Assembly: GCA_040954595.2 (NCBI GenBank) | Contig: CM082581.2 | Span: 5,572,699 to 5,636,698, forward strand | Length of the DNA: 64,000 bases | Origin: Balanoglossus misakiensis | Lineage: Eukaryota > Animalia > Hemichordata | Reading direction: 5' to 3' | In this document: in pieces, positions 1 to 13,748 of the stretch | Layout of the letters: every line of letters starts with the position of its first letter | How positions within the stretch are numbered: the stretch's first letter is position 1 | Translations under genes and position numbers: made by a program | Notes under the pieces: model-generated | Database searches by the model: none | The model's input: only the letters and a program-made list of their open reading frames with translations | What the model was told of the DNA's origin: nothing

Positions 1-3000
1 ACGTTCGAATAAAACTCAGTCTTTTGAGCAGATATTCATGTCCAGTGTTTTGCATCTCCTTTGGAAATCCCATTCCCCATCAATCTGACTAGCAATCCAT
101 GAACTTGAATGTCAAAATATTCCGAGAAAAAAAGTGCATTAGATTCCGATATACCGTATATGCGCATCGGTAAATTGAAATTATTGTCCCCGTAACCTAT
201 TGGCCTGACCCTTAAATAGAAAGTAATTACCCGTCCCCCGATTTTATGGGAAGAAATCTAAATTTTATGTGGAACCGATACAAGGTTAATGTTGCATTTT
301 GCCATCGCGGTTAACGTCGCGATCACTTTTCGACTGAAGAGAGGTAATTGCACCATTTTCACTGAACTAGTTCGGAAGTGACTGGGTCTGAATTCTAAAG
401 AAACTAATTCTCGAATTCGCAATTCGCCTCGGAAGATGTTTTTTTCTTGATACACTCGATTGAGCTAATAAATACATGCCATTGGTTCTCCTGTTACATT
501 TCCACGGTAATACCCAACCTTGATTCTTTGCTGGCGGAGTGGACTTTTTGTTTGTTTGTTTGTTTGTTTGTTTCTCATATCATATGTCACTTGGCAGCAT
601 GGATAGGACACATAAAGTGCATTTTGTATATCATGCTGACTATGCAACATCCAAACATTTAATTTTAGTTCCGCCGCAGAAGTTCGGCACGTGAGGACGA
701 AAGAAAAAAATGGTAGACATTTTCTCGTTTCCAACTGATCCCAGGCTCTCCTGCTGAGCGAGCTGGCAATGGTAACTTCCATCTTGCTAACTATAGCCTG
801 TATCCAGTCAACCGCGGACTTGGAGTCAAGTGTGGTCCCGCCTTCTTCGCAGAATCACCGCGTATATTAATAGCAATACGCAAACGACAGGAAAATGATG
901 CAATGGCGCGGAGTTCGTGATTTGTGTCCATACGGAGCGAGTCCCGAGACGACGCTTGACACCGACTGGCAAATTAGCGCGCGGGACCGGGATAAGTAAG
1001 CCGCTCACTGACATGATTCATGTTCGATACGTCTCGGATTGATGGTTTTATAAATACACCACCGCGAACCAGAATTACTAATGGTCAGACTTATCGTTGC
1101 ATTTCGTTACTAATGCGATCCATGGCGATGTGCACCGGGGCTTTCAAAAGGGGGACCTTTCACCCGCGCCGCCATTTTACGGCACTTACAGCCGAAATCA
1201 CAAACCACTTAATTTATTATCGCCAATGTGATTAATGGCGTGTTCTGCTGATACCGCGGTATGGTATGGTCATCTACCCGTGTTATAGCCTTTCCACATT
1301 TATATCAAAGTGTCTGAAATATCTAGTGATCGAAAACATGCAGATGCAGCATTATAAATATGTCCTAAATAGCCTCTCTGCCTCGACTTCGCCATATCCC
1401 TTGAAACATTAATCACCCAATGATTTTCTGATAAGCGCCAATTGAAGATATAGCTTAATTCACTCAGATAATAAGAGATGTACATGTACCTTTTATCATT
1501 AAAAAAATACAGGGACCCTGGAAATATTCCCAGCACGATTTATTCTATGTTAGGGAATACTTATATTGCCGATTTTCCAATGAGTCGCCTTTTTTCATAT
1601 TTTTAAATTTGTTTATGACAAACTGGCTATAGCTTGAATTCTATTTACACACATGTTATGTGTAATACCGCACGACAATTTGACGTCGGAAAATCTGAAT
1701 TAAAAATTGACACCATAATTAACGATTCTACAGTTAACGATTTCCAAATGTTACTTGTATTATAGTAATGGAAGATAAAACATCTGACAGAAGAATCTGT
1801 TTGTTTACCGCTCACAGGTACATGTAGAACAATATATTACGTGACTGGGTTATCCTAACAATCAGCGACAAACCGCACATAAACATTAGAAATATATTTT
1901 ACTTAAGACCTGTATATAATTCAAACAAATAAATTCGACCAAAGTAATATATAGTATTGCGTCGTTTACATAAACACAATCGGGAACAAGCTGCGATATT
2001 ACATGTATTTGACAAGCCTTACCTCGGAAGTCCTATTCGTGTACGCGACAATTTCCTAGCCATACCACAGCCATGTTTTGAACTTTCAACTTTGCACATG
2101 TGACGTAATGCTTACATCACAAACTTGTGACGTCGGTTTGATAACCGCGTTCACCACGCTTCCCTCACCAAGGCTTGTCTATCTACAATGTACAGGCACG
2201 TTGTGAACACGCGTCGCGCGCAATGCCGAGAATTATGTTGGACGCGCCAACACTTAAAACCAAACCCAGAAGTTGAAGAAATTATAAGAAATGACGACTC
2301 AGGAGAAGTTAATGAAACGAGCCTTCGTACACGACTATAAACAATGTTCGGGACCAAATCACAAACCGGCTTGGAGAGAACGATGGCGTGCATTGTCTAT
2401 TGAAATGCTGTTCAAATCTTTACCTTAATTAGGTGAATTACAGGGGCCATGCATTCTCAGTAAAAGTGTCGACATTTCGACGCAGAAACCATAAAAAGGG
2501 ATAAAAAAATCCATCTCGCAAGAAAGTTATCATCAAGACAAATAAGATCAACGCAGAGTAATAACCGATCCCTATAAAATAATGGCAAGAGCGCCATAAG
2601 TTTTCATTAAGAGATTATGGCCGCCGAACTTGTGTTAACCCCGGCACTTAAATAGCAGAGACATCTGCGTCAATAATCCCATGACCCACATCTATCAGTC
2701 GCTCGCTACTCGTGACGGTTCTGATCAAACACAAAAAAAGATGGAGCTCGCATAGGTGAGCGTTTATCAATCAACGCTGTCTGTGACGTGAATCGCGGCA
2801 AATGTACCCGGATGTTACTTCTCGTCGCTTACAGATTCTACTGTAAATGTAAGGGACTACCAAGAAAACAGTGAGGTAATATCACATTCAATAAACTCTA
2901 TGTACATGTACAAATTCGATAAAAAGTTGCTCTAATATTGTTATTTTCTTGAAATTTTCACAAAAGATAGAGAGAAGTATATCCAATGATACAAATTAAA

Positions 3001-3521
3001 CACCATGTCACCGAGCTTGATTTTCTGATACGTCATTTAGATATGCCGACCACAGAAACTGTCTGGCATGGTTAGTGCAAGAAAAGTGCTGACTCAGCAC
3101 TTTACCCCATATTGAAAACCCTCCAACTGAAAAGTACATGCAAGATGTCACACGGTGTACAACATGCATAACATTCTGGAAAATGGCAAAGTTTCAAATT
3201 TTGAGTAGTACCCTGCCTCATATTTGTGAAACGACGATAGGTAATATTAACCGATTTCCATATTTTCGGGAAAGAGGGCGCGCTTTTCGGCGTCCCCGTA
3301 TTCAAAGCAAACCGGACGAAAATGATACATCTTGCATAATGGTTTGAAAATTGCGGCCACAGCAAAGAATAGTCAGAAATTAAACCGTTGGGTGCATATT
3401 TCCAAGAATCGCCAGAACTGTTTCGGACAATTGAATACGGCTCTTAAATCGGTTCAATAAAGACCCCCCCCCCCCCCCCAAGGAGTATTTTCGCATACAC
3501 TGTAATATGACGTGATTGGGC

Positions 3522-3612
3522 CTGACTGACTGACTGACTGACTGACTCACTCACTCACTCACTCACTCACTCACTAACTAACTCAATCAATCAATCAATC
3601 AATCAATCAACC
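3522..3612. repeat. Compound tetranucleotide microsatellite (CTGA)n-(CTCA)n-(CTAA)n-(TCAA)n
   Basis: Read directly; a C16 run lies just upstream at 3464-3479. Confidence 0.95.
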
Positions 3613-4839
3613 AATCGATCTATTTCTCAATCACTCACTCTCTCGCTCGCTCATTAACTCAACCATCCATCCATCCACACAACCAAACCACCCACCCACT
3701 CACTCCATCTCACTAACTTTCTCAAAACTCTCTCTAACTCATTTATCCTCCGGCAAAACCGACTCTGAAGACAGTAATTACATCGACATGATACCGATAG
3801 AATCGCAAACATTACCGCGCATCTTTATTATCTAAGATCAAACGAAAGAAACATGCAAGAAAGGGCTTCTTCTGGCATTATCAAATTCGGATCCATTCAG
3901 TCATGCTGAATTCGACGCTAAGAGTCGTCGTATTTCATTTAGTGGGGCACTTATTGGACTAATAAAACAACAATTCTGCGCTTTCTTGGTTGATTAATGA
4001 CCAGAAACGACAAATTGAGATAAGAAATCAGTAAAGATCGTAAGTGAAAATCAGTGTCTTTCCCACTTAATGCGCTCCGCCGGTACTTTTATCTGATGAG
4101 TAAATCGCTATTTAGGTTAAACTTGACTGAATCATCTGTATAAATCAACAGTAATAGCCACGCGAAAATTGCCCACAAATGGCGTTTTGTCATTTGTTAA
4201 ATATCCCTTTAAACACTGTCATTTCTATCCGTGTATGAAATAATATGCGTATTTCAATTTCATTAATATTCAATGGCCGTGATCATGTTTTATTACTCTG
4301 AGCTATATTAAATACAGGTAAGTTTATACAATGCGATAAAAGACAATCGGTGATCATGATGCATCTTTGATGACAATAAATATCAGTATGGTTTTCCAAA
4401 GTTAGTTTATGTCACGAGATATTCCGCGTTTCCAAGGACTCTAAGTGTTCTCTTCACAGGGAGCTCGCATCCCGAAGCGATTGCGATAACATTGTGTTTG
4501 CCCGCAGGCAAATTTAAATACGAAAATATTTGCATTCGCCGCCATAAATTCCTCTTTAAGAAAGCTAACTGACATAAACGCTTGATTTCTCTTTGTTCGG
4601 CGATTTGTACAGAGAAAGGTCATAACGGAATCATGACCGGCTTCTGGTGGGAGATTTTGTTTTATACTGTATGTAAAAGAAATCTGAGGACGTTTGGCAT
4701 TTTAAAATGCTGATAGCATATCTTCAAGGACATGGAGATTCTTAGCCCGGAGGTTGGATATCGCTAATAAATCTCTTCAGATGTTTTACCTTCCATTTAT
4801 TGGTATAATGAGTCATGACAAACTCGATTGTAGCTATCT

Positions 4840-5002
4840 GCCTCTCCCCGCCCCTCTCCTCCCTCCATACATCCTCCCGTCTTTCTCTCTCTCCCTTCCC
4901 CCTCTTTATCATCGCTCACCACTCCCTGCCTCCCCTCTCTCCGATATATTTCCCTCTCTGTTTCAACCTCCCTCCTCTCTGCCCCCCCCCCCTCTCTCTT
5001 CT
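4840..5002. repeat. Polypyrimidine (CT-rich) low-complexity tract
   Basis: Almost entirely C/T; accounts for the Pro/Leu/Ser-rich ORFs 4754..5050 and 4815..5054. Confidence 0.85.
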
Positions 5003-8000
5003 AAGTCTCGCGAGATATATGTACGCCTATGCGATGGATATCCATATTAATTAATATCCGTGTTGACACGTGTCTCTCGTCATCCTTACAGCATACCCAG
5101 TACACTAGGGTAAAAAAAATATAAATCCTGATACATGTATTTAGGAAGGTAGGTGATTAACCTATATCCTGCAGTATATCAAAGTAATTCACTTCACGGC
5201 ACTATCCAACACGTCTACATGTATACACGATGGGTTCATTGAGTCCAGCATTGATTTTATGCGTAGATGTTCTTCAAACGTCATTTAATTGCAAAACCGC
5301 AATTTCAATTAAGTCGGCAATAAGAGCACGTCGTTAATTTTCTCTGCTCAATGGATTCCTACGCCGAGCAAACTAGACATTCATTTATCCATGTTCATTG
5401 GAGAATGAGATATTAATAATTCGCCGTGATTTTGCAGACTGTGGGGCGCTGCTGGACAGGACGAGGGCATATAATCGGTGAATAACACCGTGTGTTGACT
5501 TTGAAAGCTTATCTTTTGCCTGATAGAAATATTGCGCGACTGAAAGGTAAGCTGAGAATGTCAAATATAACACGCAAGGTCCCAAATAGAAAACTGCAGC
5601 ATGCTTAATGAATAAGGCATAAGCCCGGTCTTTAATTAGTTTGCCTTTGCGCGCTGATAAATCTCGACGTATTGCTTGCAAAGTCTCTATTTTAAGTTGG
5701 CGATCGCGTGTTTCCGTGTCTATTAAAATATCGTAGTGGTGGGTGCCTCAATCAAGGTCACAGCGTGGAACCGAACATAACCAGTCACTGCTCTTTTCGC
5801 TCACTATGCACCGTAAAAATTCTTTTTACTGGTGTTTGTTCTGTACACTGAGGGCCCTGAAACGTAACGTGTCTTCTGCAAGAATAGCGGTAGATCTGTT
5901 GGGGGGGGGGGGGTCTTTGAGACGATAGATTAATATTAACCACCGAGTCTGCATTACAATAGACATACCTTTGCAATCGGTGACGTCGGAGAGGGATGCT
6001 GTTTCTATATTTAGAGATTGGAGAGTTTCTCTTCCTCGTCACAAGTTCTCTATACACAGTTCTGCTTACTGCATCACGCGGGTGAGCAGAGCAGTAATCA
6101 GACATTCTCCATTTGTAGGCACTGAGTAGTGTCTGTTTGCATAGCAAGTACATGTAATTCGAAAGCGTCAATTTCAACTTTCAAGGACAACAAAACAGCC
6201 TCTGGCACGACAAAAATACAGCCGGAAAAATGTCAATAAAGATCCAATGACCCCGTATGACAACACGTGTGGCGAAAAGTAAACACTGGAAACCACTGAA
6301 GGCTATTTCGTTTTAAATAAAATAATTGGATAAATGATATAATTAAACGGAAGGAATCATCAATGCACTAGAATATTAGATATTTGAATAGTACATATTT
6401 AAATCGTTTGCTCATATTGCTTTAGGTTGGTACCTTTTTTTAAACGCGCAACCCTAAAATTAAAAGTATTACCATCGCAAGGTCCCAGTCTGCAAAAGTT
6501 TCACTTCATTGCCATAGCTGCTTCGTTTCCTCTCAGAACACGCGTGATTGCGTGAGTTGCAAATTTGTTCCGAGTAAATAAAGACACAATCCCTAAACAT
6601 CAGGTTACAAGATCGACAAATTTGCCCTATTTAGTAATCCGCATCTGCTTTTACCGGTTGTTTGTCTTCGCGGCGCGATCGAAGCCGTGTCTGCGGAAAA
6701 TGAGCAGCGGCGTGTGTGCACACATGCAATCTAGCGTAGTGAGAGAGCGACCTTTTCTTTCTCGAGACCTTGGCATCTGCATTTACCGAACGCTATAATA
6801 TCGTGTCCTGTGACTACACGCTTTGATGAAGTTTGCTTCGTGCTATTGAATTCGGCGGTTTGACAACATGTTGACGTTTTGATCAAACTCGGCAAATTGA
6901 TTGACAAAGGAACAGAAATTTAAACCTTGTGTCAATATTTTACACGCCATCGATCGGAGTCCCTGGCGAATGCACCGTTTTTCATCCCCTCCGTCAGAAC
7001 GGGAGATCTTGTTGACGGGTGGGAGAGGGCCCATTGGCGGAGCAGAATGCAAAGGGATATCGACAAGTTGTACAAGATCCATGCGGACAGCGTTTAAATG
7101 TCGAATTCAGAGGCAAATCCCGATCAAACCTTATCACATTGTCAGATGAAATCCATTCACGTACCTGACTGTGTCCCTCCGAATCAAACTTCTATTCAGA
7201 GAGTATATCGGCGTGCAGGATGGGTACAGCCCACAATTAAGCATCGATGGCTTCAAATCCACCGCGATCGCATTCTGAATTACATATGCTGGCGTAGATC
7301 TTTAACTCCGGGAAATCGAGAGTCCGAAGGCATTGTGGGATAGGACAGCAAAACTCGGCCGGGGAGGAGATTATGTTGCGCTGCACGCGGTGCTAACGTA
7401 TGAATTCATTTGCAATAACTTAACCAGTAATGAATTCATCAATTACCGAACAGCGAAGTTTGAAATGCGATTATGGATCTGTTTAGGAAGCCGCGATGTG
7501 ACCCAATTCGATACTCATATAAAAACTGAGGCAAATATCTGAGGAGGAAATCACCCATAGAAATGCTTCAAATATGACTAATGAAAAACGCATTCGGTAA
7601 TCGAACAACTTGCCGTAATGTGACATGTCTCTTTATCCTGAAACGCTACTTATCCTTTTTTCATAAACTTTCTTCATTTCCTTATGTAGATGTCACCTTT
7701 CCGATGGCTGCCTCCGTTCTCCTAATTAAACCACGCGGTTCTTTCGGGTCGATCACTTGCAATTTCCGGGCCTAACGACGATGATCAGTGAACTCGGATA
7801 TTACATACATGTACATCGGTGTTGAGTAACTCTATCCACTTTTTGATTCACACTTGACCGGTGTCGGAGCATCCATTTTACACGTCTGAAATAATCTACT
7901 TCCAAATCACTGCTTTAAGTGACACATCGAAGTCTGTTACTAGTAAAATGTCTATGAGCGCAAATCAAGCAGCCTGTTTACTGGTATATTTCATTTTACA

Positions 8001-11000
8001 GGAAAAGATATTTCCATAAAATATTAAACGTCATCTTCATTGTTAATATTGCTATAGTATGTTCCGTTACCAAATTTACACTGAGTTTAAAGTGGTCTAC
8101 GTTTGGGTTAAGATTGAAACACTCCTCGTAAGAACATGCATCTATATCTGCCCTTTTAAGTATCGAAACTCACATTTATGACAAATCACAATAGAATATT
8201 ACTTGCACATTTATCCCATCACAGTAGTTTTCATAGTGTCGTGAAGAGATTTTGATACAGACCATGTACATTATGTCATCTCCTATAACCTTACAACATG
8301 AATAACGAACACGTGTTGAAATCGCGCGGGATAAGTTAGCGATAATGCCATACTGTGAACGGGCACTGGTACAATAGGCTTGCCTTACATCATCCGTCTA
8401 TACGAATGTCAACGTGTGCATTTCGATCTGTTCATTCCGAACTGAAATATACCGGTAAGCTTTTGCATTCGCCGCAGTCAAAACTACGTACGCAAAACTG
8501 CTTGCCAGCATACCAGCGTATCCTAGGAAACTACACTTAAATCTTATAGTAGTGGCATTTAGCAAATTGCCCTGAAGGCCCTGTGTTGAAGTAATTACAA
8601 GAAAAGTATTGTAATAACCCTTTATGGCTTCAAGACTTGACCTTGCGACCTTTCTGATTCGGAAAAATAAATGGACTTGTATTAAACGTAACGGAGATAA
8701 GCTGGCTACCGAGTGAAACCTTTGCATTGCTAATCCCGGGGTCGTATATGGCCACACATCAAAAGCAAAGAAAGATGTTTTTTCCCGAAATTGACAGGCG
8801 AAATGCTTTGTGTATACGAGATCCCGAACCGGGGTCCCTCGTGGTATGCAAATTAGTTTGTTCAACGCATTGTAAGAGCTACTACATACCGTTGAATTAC
8901 AAAATACAATAGCATTAACTCTATCAAAACAAACATTTGTTCGCCAAATATCATTAGCTATACTTATGCATGTATTAATCTACGGAACGATGCATTATGC
9001 AATACTATGTACATAAACCGTGTCCTTTGTGGTGATTTAGACCATTTGCTGCCCATGTGCAGGTACCGGGTCACTGACTTCCGAAAAACCATGACACGGG
9101 TAGCCATCGTTAATATTTCGCCTTCGTGTTTTATAACCTCAATAAACTCCCCTTGTTTCGTGGGATCGGATGAGGTTCAATAAACATTCCATTATAGTTA
9201 TGTCAGTTATAAGTGGCAGAGGTTTTTTATCTGGCACATTGTATATGCTAGATGCATCGGAGTAACAAACTTGGCTTTATCAAATGCGTAATAGCTAATT
9301 TGCTATGGGTATGGTTGTCACAGGTTTGCACAGTCACATACATCATCCCCGTTTACTTGTTTATGAAACATTTTGACCCCGGAGAGAGTTATATGTCAAT
9401 TCCACGAGGTGAATCCCATTTCCAATTATTTATGCCGCGTAGAACCCTGACCATCTGACTGTTACAGTTGTTGATGCGACCAGAAGTCAAACATTCAATA
9501 ATATAAAACTGAAGAGACAATATCAGTACTGAAGTAAAAACAAACAATGAAATCCACCAATTGGATTCGTACCAGTGAGCTAAAGGGATTGGAGTCAATA
9601 TTTTTGCAAGGCAGTATACGAGAGAACTGAGATGTACATCTTAATCATGACAGTGGTGTCGGCTACTTTAAATCATCTCGTACATTTTGTATTTAGGTTT
9701 CTTTCGTATGTAAACATTTTTGTTTGCAATAACTGGAGTGATATTCCCCATAAAGTCAATTATCTTTCCTTCTTTCATTCATTATTTCTTTTTGTCTTTC
9801 AAAAACACTCGGTTTTCTTCCGGCAAGCTCGTTCGTCCGTCACTGTAAGAAATTTACGCCCAGTACGTGACACCACGTACACGTTCGAAGGTCTGTACGC
9901 TGCGACAATTCTTGGGATTTCTGTATTGCTCAACCGTGGCAGGGTAATTATTATTTTTTTCCAGAACATAAGTTAAAATTGACATACCTTTTTGGACTCT
10001 AATTCAGGCCCTAATTGAAAACACAAGTCGCGCTAATAATTTACACACACTTACAAGAGCCATTTTGACGCATCGCTGCCAATTCCCATCAAATTATCAC
10101 GATCGAATTTCCCACGGCCGTGCCTTCGTATAAAGTTCGTTTCAATCAATTTCATATTAATACAATCAATACGGCTGAGTAGATATCGGATGGGCATGTA
10201 AGCGGGATTCATGGATTTTGAAGATCACAAGGGCTTAGGGGGAGGACATGGTGGTAAGACCTCTGAATCTGTTCTTTACTGGCATTAGGGGGCCTTAAAA
10301 TTTAGAGAGAGGTGACGTACGGATACTAAAGCAAAACGCAATCATCAATTGCCGCTGTGGTAAGTGGAGCAGTGAGCAATCGCAATATCCTGTTTTAATG
10401 CGAACCGAGGCAAATTTATTGATGATGTCAATGCATCCGGCAGAATAACTCACGGCGAATTAGCGGTTCAGCTGAAAACAACACAAACACCATTCATGGC
10501 TAAGTGATTTTACAGTTCCCATTAACCATCAATCCTGGGGTGGTAACCTTGGCGCGTTCAAACGCGCGCGCGCATGCAGCCATCGAGATTTACAGTATAC
10601 TGCCTTTGATTGATATATCGCTTAAAAAGCAACTATGGGATTTTTTAATTGCGTTCCTTTACCCTCCATACATGTACATGGAAGTGGTTAGCTAGTCATC
10701 TTAGCACATTAATCCGCTGTCTGACACGTGATTGAACAAATTCAACACATTTACATTGTATGATACCCAATTCTGACATCTACATTCATTATATGTACAA
10801 GCTATCATCGCTTACTAGTATATTAGACAACGGATTAAATACCATGTTGAAGAAACGGCACTCTCTTATGAGTTTTCTTTATTTAGGGTCAACTTATAGT
10901 AGTTCTTTACAACACTCGGAACTGGTCAGCGCTCCTTCTAGTTATTTACGTGTCCAGTGCGACTGAGCTTCCAATGTTTACAAACATAAATGTTAAGTCG

Positions 11001-12842
11001 ACCCTTCAATCTTAGCGTTGTTTTAGTTAATCACAAGTCATGCAGTTATACCTATCTGCAAGTTTTGGGATGTTATGTACAGTGATAGATAATCACGCGG
11101 GCATGCACTGATTTTCAAACATGTTTACAGTGCAAAATAATAGTGTTGAGAATGTTACTCATTTAGCAATCTCCCTCAACGATTTCCAACAATGAACATT
11201 GATGAGTTGTACGATACGGTAACGGTAACTTTGCATAACCACTTATTACGGGATTAGCAATTACGGTGATTAACCGGTCATCGTGCACGAGACAAGAGTA
11301 TCGTTAATTGCGCGCGATAATTGACTAAAATTATAATTGCCCATTGTGGGCACAAATGAGGTCAGCGTGTGCCGCGGGCATTCTTTATACAAGTGACTTG
11401 TCAAGTGACATTGGTATAGAACTCGCGGGCTCAATTCATGCAAACAGGGACTCACAGATTCTTGTAGACATGGCTAACCTTTGTTTCAATGTTAGCACAT
11501 GCACGGTAAGCTATGAAATGGTGGCCCTATATCTCGAGGGTCTACGTTAATGGCTAATGCCAACAAACACTAGCAGTCTTTACAAAATAGCGGATAACTT
11601 AGCCATGCACAAGTGGATAATCCGTTTTGAAATGCAGGCAAATCGCCGGTCGTAAACATAGCGGTATGGCCTGTCATTGACCAAAGCTACTTAGTACACA
11701 CTTACAAAGAAAAGTATTGTCGTCAGAAACAATGAGACTTGTCTGTGGTTTTATTCACATGAGAGCTTAGCTTGAGCCAAGCCTGGTAGCAATAAGCTAC
11801 GCGGCTCACTCTCATGTAAAGGGCACTCTAGGTATGGGCATGCAATTCTTCTAATCGAGAGAGTTTCTCGAGAGTTTGGCAAACACACGCCCCGGGTCTT
11901 CATAATTAACAACACGGTCTATGAAGGGAAAACTACAGCTTCGCTTGCTTGCCCGGGGAACCGGATATGTTTTACAATTCAACACGATTAAGTGAAGCAC
12001 TTGGAAACAATTACAGAGTTCGCTTCAGACAGGCTTTTCCGGATTGCACCGGGTCCCTTTTTTGTACTCTGTACCCTCTGGTCAGTCATGGCAACTGTTC
12101 GTCGTTTGCAAGACGAGGTTCTGAATGACTTGCGCGAAGGAGATAGGCTTACGAAAAAAACACTGTAAATAAACCGTACTTACCTCAGTAACACTTGACT
12201 CTCAGAAGTCCAAAAATAATTCCAAAGTCGTCGTCACGGCTGTCACTTGTCTGTAAAGCACACCAAACGAGAATCGGTCAGTATCTTACGTTACTGGCAC
12301 GTATTATATCGCGTTTCGAATTTCTGAAGTTATTTGCGATCAAAAAGGAACGTAATTGCTTTGAGAGGTCGACTGGGATGCCGTTATAAATCTCAAATTG
12401 TCAATTATAACGCCGGAGTTCGGCCAAGACGGTTCCGAGCATTGCAGTTCGATGTCCTTTTTTGGTTGAGGAGGAATTCAGAATCGATACACCGGTATTG
12501 TTCCCAGCAATATACAAAGAAAACAAACAATTGAGTAGTTGAGATTGTTCGCGGCGTAATCCCTACATTGACTTGACTATTGTTTTCGTTGATTCAATTA
12601 TTTATAATAAGCGCGCATTTATTTTTTTGTGGGTCTGTCGGTCTATTGTTTATCAATAAAGCAGCATGTACAACGAAGGAATAAAAAGAACACCCAAAAA
12701 GAAACGATTTTTTTTCTCGTAAGTACAAACCGCGCTTTATACAACATTCTCAATATTAGGCCAAACGCAAGTTCCTTCACAGTCTTGTTTATATTACGAT
12801 TTTCGGGATCATTTATACTTACCTTAAGTAATTACATGTAAT

Positions 12843-12893
12843 TTATGTTAAATTATCTAATTATGTTAAATTATTTATGTTAAATTATCTAAT
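12843..12893. repeat. Short imperfect tandem repeat, TTATGTTAAATTAT x3
   Basis: Three copies of TTATGTTAAATTAT with short spacers. Confidence 0.85.
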
Positions 12894-13245
12894 CGTGGCT
12901 TCCTGAATGTGATTATGGCTGTCACAATAGCAATGGCAAATACGAGCGTTATATTCAGCCAGTCGGTGACGTCATTATTGCTATACAATGTACAATGCAG
13001 ATGGCTTCTGAGCGCTAATAAGTCGTGGAAGTGAAAGTGTGGTGTGGTCTGACGTCACCTACTATCATGGAACTTGCTATGCGTTGCAACTTATTCACGG
13101 AAAGTGACATCGGACGCAAATGAAACATTGCAGAATCATTGTTCTGGTGTTTAAGCAGTAAGATTTGGCCAAATTTCTTATTTAACGAGGTATGTACTAG
13201 AAGAGTCGAAGGGTTGTGTCTCACGGTACTATTGCCCGTAATTAA

Positions 13246-13748
13246 AGGCACGTAAGCTGTAACTTTTGGGATAATTTTCATAATTTTTGTTTACCACTGC
13301 ACTACCATTAGTCCAAGCAGATGAAGGCAGTGAACTATACACAAGCATTATAAACCCTAAATATGAGTGCAATATGCAAGTTTTAACCAGATAAATAATA
13401 AAGCTTTGCCGCAAGCGATTATGGCCGCCACCGTGAGAAAATGCAAGAAACAATGAATGTTGCATTTCCGGTTGTGAAACTTCATAAACAAAACATGATC
13501 TCATCCACTTGAGCTCATGGAAGTAAATGTACACCACTGTGACATCAGATTTTAATTTTTCATTGCAATATTGCACTTTTTTAAAAATTTCAGGAATTTT
13601 CGTTTTTCTTTAATTTTTGGCCATTTTGTCATAAATAAGTGTTGAGCTTGATATATTATCATGAAATAGCATTTAATAGATATAATTAAAAGCATATATG
13701 AGATTATTTAAAACATTGATTTTTTATCCAGTTGCAGCTTATGTGCCT
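13246..13748. mobile_element. Non-autonomous DNA transposon (MITE), 503 bp, TTAA TSD, Kolobok-like
   Basis: TTAA at 13242-13245 and 13749-13752. Left end AGGCACGTAAGCTGTAACT vs reverse complement of right end AGGCACATAAGCTGCAACT (17/19). TTAA TSD with AG termini fits Kolobok rather than piggyBac (CC/CCC termini). No transposase. Confidence 0.85.

Noticed and set aside
36-80. Minus-strand ATG giving a myristoylation-like start MGNGISK
   Set aside because: The frame stops after 14 codons (MGNGISKGDAKHWT*) and I found no convincing splice donor before the stop.
258-1014. Minus-strand ORFs and a CpG-rich stretch suggesting the first exon or promoter of a leftward gene
   Set aside because: No recognisable domain or consistent splice sites, so it cannot be supported from sequence alone.
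4754-5054. Pro/Leu/Ser-rich ORFs
   Set aside because: These are translations of a CT-rich low-complexity tract.
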